In this document: positions 11,990 to 24,000 of the stretch, one piece after another
Layout of the letters: every line of letters begins with the position of its first letter
Numbering within the stretch: position 1 is the first letter of the stretch
The notes under the pieces: generated by a model
Told to the model about the DNA's origin: nothing
The model's input: the letters and a program-made list of their open reading frames with translations, nothing else
Database searches by the model: none
Made by a program: the position numbers and the translations under genes
Assembly (NCBI RefSeq): GCF_001194135.2
Contig: NC_068983.1
Location: 120,101,404 to 120,151,573 of the forward strand
Reading direction: 5' to 3'
Length of the DNA: 50,170 bases
DNA from: Octopus bimaculoides
Taxonomy: Eukaryota

Positions 11990-12800
11990 GTCTGTGTATA
12001 TCCTTGAATCACTTATCAATTATAATTAGGAAACCGATAGCAGTTAAGTAGGAGATTCTCTAACTTATACTCTTCAATAGAGCAGCCTGATTATTATGAG
12101 GCATTAGCCAAGAATGGCCTTAGTGAGAAGTTTATATTGAAAATCTCCCATTTAGCATACATTCAAGAAGAGTTAGAAAGCAAAAAGCAATCTGGTTCAA
12201 ACCCTCCACTCATAATATAGATATTACTACAAATACTGTTAAGAACTTATTTTTTGTAAGGCATCATTTCTGAGTACATACAAATATTCTAAGTTCTTCA
12301 GCACACATAATATTAATAAGGTTAACTATTCCAGCTTAAACAACATAACTTCCAGTATCACATTCACATCAAAATCACATATGTGTCTCTAGCCAGCAAT
12401 CCACTTGTAACTGTTAAAATCAAGCCACTTGCTTGCTAAATGAATTCTATCATTATAAATTTATGGTAAGGAATGAAATCAGATGGTATGTACAGAAATT
12501 ATATACCACTAATGATTTCAAAGGGTGGTACAATCAAGATCTGCATTTGGATCTACAGACAGTAAATTCCACTCCACTGTCTTGTTTTATCTGGAGGTTT
12601 AGAGACAAAGGTCATCACTGCCCCATTTAGAACATTGCTGACATAGCCCACCAAACACTAATGGACTATATAACTGCAGGCTCTGCCTATCTGAGAGGTT
12701 TTACATTCTGAAGTAGTCTGCAGCATACCTCAATAGGAGGTTCAAGAATATTTCCAATTTCCAGGTGAGCATTTCTTCTGGATCGTTTTCAACCAACTGA
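11990..12800 (+). mobile_element. Decayed Penelope-like element: RT thumb, linker and GIY-YIG endonuclease region
   Basis: Frame-shifted translation gives FNRAA/DYYEALAKNGLSEK, AIWFKP (12187-12204), KYSKFFSTHN..KVNYSSLNNI, TCNC*NQATCLLN, FKGWYNQ, NSTPLSCFIWRFRDKG, CRLCLSERFYIL (12675 on) and LNRR. This is the motif order typical of PLE C-termini. Confidence 0.8.
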
Positions 12801-13632
12801 CTCAGAAAATAATACCACAAAAAAATTAAGGTATAATCCTGGTAGCATCATTACATTACTTGCTTCTCGAATCATACTGACTCATAAGGGTTAGTTTCCT
12901 GGTTTCCATGGCGTATATATTCTCCACCTGGACAGAACACAGGTCTGTCACAAGGAATTGAAACCACAATTTTACGGTCAAGAGTTCAACACTCAAACCA
13001 TTAAGCCACGCACCTCCATCATCATTACATTCTAGTACCATTGTACAGAGTTTGACAATTTCACTACTGATTAAGAGCAATCAAGCCAACAAATGACCAA
13101 TAAGGATCTGACTTTCAAGTTGCATAGAGCTAAAACTTTAATCATGGAAGCTATCCGAATGTTTCACTGTGTTTTCACAGCTATGAAACTAAGTTTCATA
13201 AAAAATAAAATAGAACAAAAATACAAAATCTGAACTTTAATACTCTTAGCATTTCAATGAATTAAATACTAACTTGAATATGTTTGTCTCTTTTGACATT
13301 AATTGTAAACATGAAATATTGATTACAGTCATTTTACCTTATGAAAATAGAAGCTTTCTAGAATCACTTTATTCATATGAATTCATATACATGTTGAACT
13401 TTTATGCTATATTTTGCTTTTTTTTTTATTCAAAATAATTAATTAAAAAAACTCATGCAATTCACTGAAATTAACATCATTTGCATACAGAATTAACCAA
13501 TCAATTTTACATATGATTTCATGCTAAAAAGCTAGGTACTCTGAACAACTCTATAAATAACCAAATTAGGCAAATATTATACATGTTAATATGTGAAATC
13601 AACAGTATATGTAGAAAAACGTGTGTGTGTAT

Positions 13633-13664
<32 letters not shown>

Positions 13665-13889
13665 GACTCTACACAGTATAATTCACTAAGTCTCTAGATT
13701 AATATTTAGAAACAGGGTCAGCACTAATGTGCTTCATAGGACCAACCAGACAGCAGAGATTTTTGCAGTTGAGTACATATCAAGCCACTACTTCTACACA
13801 TTGAGAGATCAGAGCCTTGGTATTGTAGACATCTGATTAGAATGTCACAAGAAAGAATCACAACATGAATTCTTCAAGTCATGTTAACC

Positions 13890-14080
13890 ATCAGGAAACC
13901 TCAGGGTAATCCAAGAATGAGATGGTTGGATAATATCCATAGTCTTCGTTGAATCCTGCTTGGCAATCCAGCTGAAATAGTAATGATGGTTGCTTCTGAC
14001 AAGACCCTATGGAAGGACTGCCTGAAGACTCTACCCCCATGACCTTCCCAGTAGGCACAGAAGATGGATGGATGGATGGA
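13890..14080 (+). mobile_element. RTE-clade LINE 3' end with (GATG)n tail
   Basis: Translates to PRMRWLDNIHSL...ASDKTLWKDCLKTLPP, followed by gatggatggatgg. Confidence 0.65.
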
Positions 14081-16959
14081 GTATATGTCAGTTGAGACCT
14101 GTTGGAAAAATAGTTGCATGGAGAGAAAGAATTACAGAAAAAAAAGTTTTGAAGAGAAAGTGTTTAGTGTGAGTTTAGTAAGGGAGTTATATATAAAAAA
14201 ATGAAGAGATGTGGTTTAGATTTTATTTATAATTTGCTGTTTCAGTGAAGCAGGAATAATTGTAGCTGTTTAGATTTTAGACACTTTTATGACGAGCCAT
14301 TTAAATATTTCTAATCAAATGTTTTCTAATAAATTACAGGTATGAACTTCTCATGGTGGAGCTCAAGATTAACCACAATACAGCCCAAAGCTACAACTTC
14401 ATATTTTATCAATGTCACTCACTATTTACTATAGCTGAAACGGACATATTCTTTAAAGTACCAAATTACATGGCAAAAATATTAATATGCTGGTTAGCAG
14501 ATAGCTAGCTATAAATAAAATGACTCTTGATAGCTCCTAAACAATTGTGCTATTTCTCTCCAGCATATAAGATCACAATCTTGTCACCAGAACATAACAA
14601 AGAAGCCAACAAGAAATGTCAAAGGAGACCAACCTTAGATTAAAATACATCTGCATGTCAATGTGAAATGTTGAACTGAGAAAAATCAGAAGTTATTCTG
14701 CTGCATTGCTAAAGATGATAGCCATATACTAAGCCAGCAAAACTATTATGTGTGTACATGAACATATATATTGAGGAAAGAAGAGAGACAGTTTTTAAGA
14801 GCATCTGTGAACATAGTACAATAAATAAATATATATATATATAACTAGATTTGTGTTATCATTATACACTAGTATCATCTACAATGACCAAAATCATTTC
14901 TTTCCTCTGATTATATCTTCAATGACAGTTCAGCTAAAATATGAATAACATCCAAATATAATGACATCGTGTTATTTTCTCTTGTTATCTTTATATTTCA
15001 GCTTTTTATATTTGATCAGTCATACAGCTGGTGGTCTGTGTCAGTAGCAGCATGCTGTCTCACTCTCTTTCTCTGACTATGTTTTCCACTACTTCCATCT
15101 AGCCATTTCTTTTCAGTTTCTGAAAAGAGGGCCTGCAAAGGTCATGGGAACTATCCTGCCTTGATAACTTATTAAGGAAAGGAGCACACATGTACACGCA
15201 TCAGATTTTATATGTAATAGAAAATCATGCATACTATGAGACCATTCAACTAAAGTAGTTTATACCCGCAGAAGCCCATATGTGAACCCTTTATAAACAT
15301 ATAGCTGTGCCTGTGCATGCATGTGTGAGTGTCACATACATATATGTAAATGAGTATGTGCATGTGCACACACACACACACATTATTATTACTTATCATG
15401 CTGAGATGGGTTACATGGATCATCACAGTCCAAGTCAGTTTTTATCAGGTGTTAGTGCAATGTTAGACCAGCTAGAAGGCCACACCTTAATTTGTATGCT
15501 TCATTTTGGCTTAGTTTCCATTGCTGGATGCCCTTCCTGTCACCAACCACTTAACAGTGTACAGGGTGCATTTTAGTATCGTACCAACAGTAGAGAGGTT
15601 TACATCCTTGACAAGACAAAACTTAAGGGCCCTATTGGCTCTATGATTTCTCTGCTCATTCATCAAACACTTTATTGAGTGTACAGGTCATATTTTATCA
15701 CAGTGCTAACATGAGAGCATTGCATTTGTACTCTGTATGAATAAAGAGTACTCACTACTCTCAAGATGAGTGCATTTGCTTAAGACAACACAACCACAGA
15801 TATGAATAAGAGAGATGGAGAACACAATGACAGAAGAGCCATAATGGATATATGAAGGAAGAGTAAAAAACACAGTCTGGAACAGGTACAATATCAGCCA
15901 TCAAGTGAAAGTTAAACTGCACACTACCCTTATTCTCCTAATTGAGAATATTAATGAACAAAATTATTTAAAAGCCCCCACCCTTTTTATTATGCATAGA
16001 AAAAAACAAAACAACCTTAGGATTTTTTTAAACATTAGACATAAAAATCTAGCAAATTTTTTATTTTTTAACTAAAAAAATTCTGTTTACATAATACAGA
16101 TTGTGTTAAATGTTACAATCATTGAATAAAAGGAAATATTTTTACATACATTACACATGTAGCCTTGTTTATCACTGATTCATTCATCACTGATCCAGGA
16201 TAACATGGTACACTCAAATGTCAACCATGTTACACCTATCACAGATTGATTTGTGATAACATGGGTCAGGATCAGCAATCAATCGAAGATTCTGCTTGAG
16301 CCATAAAAATGCACCCGAGTGATCACCCACAATACTTAGCTAACCAGAAGGCACAAACTATTGCTTGTGTTTACATGACATTGCTGCATGGTTGAACATT
16401 TTTTATATGGATTTATGTACTCATACCCATCAACATGGGACCAGGGAAGGGTAAAAATATGAAGGTGCCTGATTTTTAGGAAACAATGCTTATTTTCCAT
16501 CAGTTTTGTTATCACTTTATGGTCAGAAGTTGGCCTATATTTGAGTTTGTAGCAGCTGATCTTCCCTGAGTGTATCCTTGAATGCTTGGCTGGTCCATGA
16601 CCATCATTAGTTTATCCAATGCTTTTTTTTTTTTAGTGTTTCAGTTGAGGTTCCTTTTATACTTCTGATTTCTTTAGGTAAGTAATTGAGGACCTCTGAA
16701 TATCAAACTGGAACAATAAAATTTTCATTCGTGATTTCAAAATTATTAAGTCTACATTAATTCATATATTTGTTTTCTCATGATTTGCCTTGTATTTACT
16801 TTGCATTGTTCTGGCCTTACCCACAATCCTTTATACAAAATTAGTATATTTGAAATCTGACAGTATCTACCAGTTCATGCATTAAAGATTTCTCTAATAA
16901 ATGGAACATGCCCATCCAGGACTTTCTATATGTATATGATAGTATATATATATCTCTCT

Positions 16960-17080
16960 CTTCGATGTTCAAGAGAGTAGAAATGAAGAGCTTTCGTATG
17001 ACAGTGGAAGCTCCACTGTTGTGGACCATGAATTTGGTATCAATGAATCTACAATTCATTCCATTTACAAAGTATGTGGA
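16960..17080 (+). mobile_element. Possible pogo/Tigger transposase N-terminal HTH fragment
   Basis: SYDSGSSTVVDHEFGINESTIHSIYK resembles the Tigger/CENP-B HTH motif FGVNESTIRSI. No TIRs were found. Confidence 0.4.
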
Positions 17081-17667
17081 AATATTTCCATTTATCACTG
17101 TTTTTTGTTTTGGAATCATAGTCTCCCACCCCATAGTAAACGAGAATAGATATGTTAAACAAAGGATATATATTTTAAGCAGTTTTTACATATTAAGCAT
17201 TATATATTCACGTATACAAAGCAATATATTTTGTGGTTTTCATTTTGATTATACATTTTATTCCTGAAATATTTCAGTGTTAGAAAAAATAAACTAAAAA
17301 ACCTTCAATAATATGCTCTTATGAGGAATATGAGTATACTTATAGCTATGATAGAAAAATTTAGCTTAAGCATATTGATTAAAACTCTTCATAAAACACC
17401 AGTTTAGCTTAGACAACAGAAATGACTTATGCTATCCCAAATATGCAATGCATCTACAATTAGAACAATTTGTAACATTTAATTCTTGTATAATAATCAC
17501 AACCATGATATTTAGGTTTGATAATCTAGAAGAAAAGGGCGTAATAGACACAAATAAATACAGTATTTCTTATGTAAATATATGAAAAGGAAGTAAAAAT
17601 ATCACCTATATAATACTTAGAGAAAAGATCAATAACTATACTGGTAAATTTCGTATAGAATTTTAGC

Positions 17668-17876
17668 TTAACTCTTCTGATATGAATCTGCTCAATACCA
17701 CCCTGGTTCTATGAAATAAGCTTCCTGTTTTAAACAGAAAAAATTTCCACCAAAATTTTATTCCAGACACCAGCCTAATAAGGACAAAGTGATTTTACTA
17801 AGTTTTACGTAATTTTCAAACTTAATTGAAACAAAGATAGTATATTTCACCAGAAATATGGTAACAAAAGGGTTGT
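17668..17876. mobile_element. TTAA-flanked MITE, family 2 (about 200 bp)
   Basis: Left end ttaactcttctgata, right end ggtaacaaaagggttgt (degenerate TIR/TSD). A related partial copy starts at 43696. Confidence 0.55.
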
Positions 17877-18276
17877 GATTGAGTTTCAATTTTAGATAGT
17901 CAAAGCTCAGATTTGAAAGTAAAACTGTCTTAGATTTTTATGTATTCTCAAGTGACCAAGGTTTACATATTTTAAATTTGCTCTTAAGTGGTCTCTGTCT
18001 GCTCATATAGCATAGACACAATTATGATGTTGATCTAGAGGTCAGATAAAAGTGATGGCTACTTCCGCTTCAGCAAATAATTGCTTCTAATATAATAATT
18101 GTTTCAAGATTTCTATGAACCAATGCAGAACCCTATATATGGTTGGTCAACCAGCTAGAAATAGCAGCCAAACCTCCTTCAAATTATACTTATAGTCTTA
18201 AAGAGAAGGCATTAGATAATGTAGTCTTAAATGCATGCTAAACAATGCAGAATGGTCATGAATTGAATCCCTTTAT

Positions 18277-18661
18277 TTGTTGGCACTCCGTCGCTTACGA
18301 CGACGAGGGTTCCAGTTGATCCGATCAACGGAACAGCCTGCTCATGAAATTAACATGCAAGTGGCTGGGTACTCCACAGGCACGTGTACCCTTAATGTAG
18401 TTCTCGGGGATATTCAGCGTGACACAGTGTTACAAGGCTGACCCTTTAAATTACAGCCACAACAGAAACAGGAAGTAAGAGTGAGAGAAAGTTGTGGTGG
18501 AAGAGTACAGCAGGGTTCGCCACCATCCCCTGCCGGAGCCTCGTGGAGCTTTAGGTGTTTTCACTCAATAAACACTCACAACGCCCGGTCTGGGAATCGA
18601 AACTGCAATCCTATGACCACGAGTCCGCTGCCCTAACCACTGGGCCATTGCACCTCCACAC
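18277..18661 (-). mobile_element. tRNA-derived SINE family B, full length
   Basis: tRNA-like head at the right end (A box tggcccagtgg, B box gtttcgattcc) and a (CAA)-like tail. Perfect 13-bp TSD tgaatccctttat at 18264-18276 and 18662-18674. Confidence 0.92.
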
Positions 18662-19625
18662 TGAATCCCTTTATATATCTGTTCAATCAGGCTGACCTGA
18701 AGTTAAACAACAGCATTATGATTTCGGAAGACAGAGAGTATAACCAATTTAACAGGAACTTTATTTTATTAAACCTATATGGATGAAAGGTAAGACTGAC
18801 ATTGTTGAATTTTGAATTAGAAGGTAAAGGGATGTCTCCAAATACTGTTAGTTTGTCTAACAGTCAGCTAGCACTCCCCTGAGCTACTTTCCTTTCAGTC
18901 ATATTGTAGTCTCAAGAATTTATTGAAGACAAAAAAGTCATCCTGGCTCTCAAGTCTGTCTTTCAATGAGACAACAGGAAATGCCATAAAAGTATAAAGA
19001 AAAGAACTAAAAAAAAAAAAGAAAATTCAGCAGGTAGTGTCCATGTCAGTGCCAGAAAACAGCAGCAGTCAGATGTGATGGGAAGAAGGAAATTTCATTG
19101 AGGCACAAAGAGAAATGGCCTGGTATCTGATGACTAAAACAATTGTGTGTGAATGAGAGAGAGAGAGAGAGAGAGAGAAAGACTATGTATAGGTATACTA
19201 TCACCAATTAAAATATGAGGGTTATTCTTAGGAAAATATTCCCTCCTGTAAAACACTCCAAAAACATAACACCAGAAATTTGAAGGGAAGCAGCTGTTAG
19301 TTTTATTGATCCCTAGTATTTAATTGGTACTTAATTTTGTGGATGAAATGCAAAGTTGACCTCAGTGAGATTTGAACCCTAGAATGTAATGGACCATAAT
19401 TAAACACTAGAATGTATTTTGTTCAACACTACTGCTTCCACCAATCCACAGCTTCAGGAAATATTGAGCTGCAAGTTCGATCAGTTTCTTCTTTTTTTTT
19501 TTTTCCTCCCTCTATTATTGGTATAACAACAAAGATATTAACTGTATTAAAAATTATTTCACTGATACCAAAACTCAGACTAGTGAATGTTCAGTAATTT
19601 TTTGTGAGATTACTAATAACACAAA

Positions 19626-19831
19626 CACACACTGCAGCAAGTTACCAGAGTTGTCAGAGCATTGCATAGAAAGCCTCTTGCAGTATTTATTCCAGTTGTC
19701 TATGCACTGAGTTCAAAACCTACTGAAGTCAACCTTACCTTTCATACTTTCATGAACAGTAAATAAAGGTCCAGTACTGGGGTTAAATCTGCTTTCTTTC
19801 CCTCATTTACATTTTCAGTTATTTCTAATAC
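19626..19831 (+). repeat. Copy 1 of a ~200-bp local duplication (MIR-like SINE family D fragment plus flank)
   Basis: Near-identical to 21255-21450, including the non-SINE flank atttacat.ttcagttatttctaatac. Confidence 0.85.
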
Positions 19832-21254
19832 AAGTTGCTTAAAGTTACAAATGACCAAATCTGCCATGGTCAAGTTAGATCTTCACATACACCATGCTAG
19901 CTAAAATATTACACACAGCTGTTGTAAAAGAGATGCTCTTCTGTGATAAACACAGCAGCAGTCAGCATATTTGCAATTCAAATCTCCCAGAATGTATTAA
20001 GAATAAATATGCAAGTCATCATTTTGTATCTTGCTGTTCACTGAACATATGACAATTTATTATCAGTTGGCAGATATCAACAAAGTTCAGTGAACAAGTT
20101 TGTTCATTGAAGTTGTAAACAAGACTATCGGCTCTTGTTAGATCCATTGGTCCAGGTACTTCTGGTTGACAAGATATATGTTGAAACATTGGTGTCCTAG
20201 AATCCCTTGTACAAATGAACTGAGCATGTTATGAACATACAGTTGTTATAAAGGAGACACTGTTCTCCTGTGACTAAAACAACAGCAGTTAGCATATTTG
20301 CATTCAAATCTGCTGAAATATATTAATAAAACTGTAAATCATCATTTCAAATATTACAAGTATGAAGAAGAACGCAAGGAAAATACATCAACAGACTATA
20401 TCTTGATTAATATGTTTCTCAGCTACCCACTATATACTTAACATAGAATCTGCCCAATTAAAAATAACTTAATAATATTTCAGAGTATGCAGGTATCATA
20501 GAGTGATGATCATAGCCTGCATAGCCATGGGTTGTCCTTTGGCAAGGCATAGCACCTGTTTAGCCACCCTACCAGGGATACAGCAAAGTTATGGGACTGC
20601 AGCATGGCTGATTATGAAAAGGTGGTGGAAGAGCTCAACTGAGCCAACAGTGCTTCTTACATTGACGCTGAATGGAGGAATCCTAGAAGATTAACAGTCA
20701 GGATCACCAAACTCTATCAAGAGAGTAACTGCAACATATCCATGGTTGTATAATCAGCTAATGAAAGATTCACTATGACTCAAGCTCCCAATTCAAATTC
20801 ATAATAATGAAATTAGATGGTGACAGAGAGTCATGGGAATCCATGAAAGCAGAGAAAACTCAAGTAATGATGCAAGGCCAACATTAGAGATCCCAACCAA
20901 ATGACCATCCCTTTTCCTTTACCATGCAGAACATAATGTACTGAGGATCACATCATCTAATGCAATCTTTTTAAGACCATACAGTACAGACACTCAAGTC
21001 CACAAACATACACACACATTTTTTTTATGTGTAAGGAAAACCAGGGCTACATTATCCAAAGTTTTCTTGAGAAACGAGGTAGATTAGGTTGCTATCTCTA
21101 GCAGGTCAAGAATGACTTTGATCATAGGCCTACTCACTTGGGTTTGACAGTGGGCTGAATAGCAACTTATTAGAAAATACAAACTGTTAGGCATCATAGT
21201 TTGTTTAATACACATGCGCACGCACGCACACTCACACAGACACACACATGCATG

Positions 21255-21450
21255 CACACACTGCAGCAAGTTAGCAGAGTTGTCAGAGCATTGTATAGAA
21301 ATCCTTGCAGTATTTATTCCAGTTGTCTATGCACTGAGTTCAAAACCTACTGAAGTCAACCTTACCTTTCAAATTCTCATGAACAGTAAATAAAGGTCCA
21401 GTACTGGGGTTAATTCTACTCTTATTTACATGTTCAGTTATTTCTAATAC
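21255..21450 (+). repeat. Copy 2 of the ~200-bp local duplication
   Basis: See 19626-19831. Confidence 0.85.
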
Positions 21451-22344
21451 TCTTTTTCTCCCTAGAAAGAATTGGTTGAGGTCAGACTTGGAGAATGATG
21501 TGCTTTGTTAGATTTAAAATGCCCTAGACATGTTGTATACCCTGATGGCATACCATCAGGGACTGAAAGCCTCAGGCAAGGCAATGTAATATATATAAGA
21601 TATAAATTGAAGACAGTTCTACTGCTACTGCTAATAGGCCAAGGATGTCTCTCACCAGAGGTCTGCAGGTTTGATATTAGATCAAACAAACTAATAGAAG
21701 CTACAATTGCTTAAAAATATAACAATAGTCTGTGTTTCTCTCACCCCCACTAATTGTCTTTTACATTATCTCTTTGTGCATGTGTGTCTGAACAGTTAAC
21801 AAGCTCTCTTATTTCTTTTACACCCTCACACTCACTATACACACATATACATATATGTGAATTCAGTGCTGGATGTAACACACTTCGATGTCTAACTAGA
21901 TGCATAAAAATCATGAAACTGCTCTATGAATCTTTAATGAAAGTTAAAAATTCAGAGCTACAACAATAGAATAGAATCTAATTAACTCAGAAATCTCACA
22001 GAAAAATTTTAAAAGTATGTGAAAAATTACCTTACTCTAGTATCACTCCCTCCTCCCCTTCTGGGTGGCTTCCTCTGTGAATATTCATTTACATGATATA
22101 CACTGTTCACAAACTGGCAGCTTGTAAACATAGCATATTTCCTCATTTCTCTAAGGGATGCCAATGAGTGCCAATCTTAGTTAAGTGATACTTTTATCAT
22201 TAGTGTTAAGATCTCATCCTTAAATGCTATGAGTGTGGGTGTATATATATTTTATATATCTTAACTTGAATGTATGTCCCAACACATCACCACCAACTCT
22301 CTCTCCCTGTCTAATTTTTCTCTCTAACTCTCTCCTTTTTTTAC

Positions 22345-22680
22345 AAACTGGTGTAGCCATGTATCTCAACAGCAAGACACCTATCTCTCTCTCCCATTAT
22401 ACTTAACCTCTCATCAACTGGCACAAAGCCACCTCCCTCAATCCTATTACGCACTCCCAGCCAAGGAATCTTCGTACTGTAAGTTACTTGGTGATCCTGC
22501 AGTGATGGTGCCATGTAAAAACCACTTAGTACACTCTGTAAAATGGTTAGCATTAGGAAGGGCATCCACCATGTCAAAGGACATAATAGAGCTTGGTGCA
22601 ATCCTCTGGCTTGCCAGATCTTGCTAAACCATACTACCCATACCAGCAAGGAGAACAGATGTTAAATGATGATAATGATA
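22345..22680 (+). mobile_element. SINE family A copy
   Basis: Contains ggttagcattaggaagggcatcc and cccataccagcaaggagaacagatgttaaatgatgat. Confidence 0.75.
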
Positions 22681-23529
22681 CATATATGCTATCTCTATTG
22701 GATACCATCAAACAAGGATCAGCTACATCAATATTAGCCCTTACCTGAATACTAACAAATATTACCTCCTCTACAACTTGACAAGTATGTTTGTACTTAT
22801 GTTACTTACTCCCACCCTCTTCTGCTTTGCCTAATGGAAGGGGCTGTACTGTCACATGCCCTACAATATTTTAACTTGTGATCTTAACTATATCTCTTTT
22901 TGTATTTGATCCTTGCTCCCCTTCTAAGAATTCATACAGAACAAACAAGTTTTTACTCTTTTTCCTATTTTCATACTGAAAGCATCTTCAGCAACATAAT
23001 GAAGATATGTTGGTCAGTGAAAGCCACCAATTAGGAGAGTAGTAACTGAATGAAATTCTGCTAGGAACAGACAAATTCTGGAAGCTAACACAGTATAGAG
23101 AAAATACTTTTGTCTTGAAAGACAAGCTTATTAGTGCTGGTGGCACAATAAAATACACCCCAACCACACAGTTAAGCAGCAAGTGATGAGAAAGGCATCC
23201 AGCCAAAAAAGCTATGTTAAAATCATGACATTCACAAAGACAATGAAAACCCTAACTGCATATAAAGTACGAACACTAACCATGTTAGTTTTGGACATGA
23301 TAGCAAGATGGGAACATTTTGACATTTATGAGAACTTGTTGATTGTCATCAAATCATTGCACCATCAACTCTCTTCTTTTCAGATGTAGAAAATCAATGA
23401 CAAAATTCATTTAACCCTCCCACTGCCGGAAACCACTTTTCCTCTCAGGTGCAAAACTTCAGGGCTACTGCTCTCAATATAAACCTGCTGATAGTTAGAT
23501 AAAATAAAGAGGTTGTAGAAATGCAAAAG

Positions 23530-24000
23530 TGAAGGTAAATAAATGTATGTTGTGTACAAGAGGTAAGATGGAGAAGAACTCCTTAAGGCATGGTGCACAG
23601 GTACAAATGCTTCTGAGTGCGTAACAGCACTGGGATGGGTAACAACAATGGAGTGGGTGGAGTAAGCATATTGTTGGTAGAGAAATGGATAAAGTAATTA
23701 AGGTAGAGTATGTTAAGTGATAATGAACTGAATGCCATTCACATTCTCATTGTTCCGTGACCTGACAATCAGAGAAGAGAAGTTTTCTGGATAACACTGT
23801 GTCAGTATAAATAATAAAAAAAAGTGTGTACAGAACAACAATGACATCAAGAAGACAGAAGCTTGGAAATGTTAGTACAAGAGGTTGCTGAATGAGGAGA
23901 AGGCATGGTAAAAATGAGAGACTACCTAAAGGAAATTCAGTAAAGAGATTAATTATAGAAGTTGACAGCTCTATGGTTGCAAAAGTTTTCATTGACCTTT
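23530..24000 (+). mobile_element. Decayed RTE-clade LINE fragments (AP endonuclease and linker)
   Basis: MGNNNGVGGVSILLVEKW (APE region) and YKRLLNEEKAW...IEVDSSMVAK (linker before RT). Confidence 0.65.

Noticed and set aside
12732-12838. Apparent minus-strand exon (cag|GATTATACC...GAG|gtatg)
   Set aside because: It overlaps the plus-strand Penelope endonuclease C-terminus (CRLCL..LNRR), so the splice-like signals are probably chance.
20503-20720. Protein-like reading KLWDCSMADYEKVVEELN*ANSASYIDAEW on the plus strand
   Set aside because: It has in-frame stops and no recognisable family. It is probably an eroded retroelement, but I cannot assign it.
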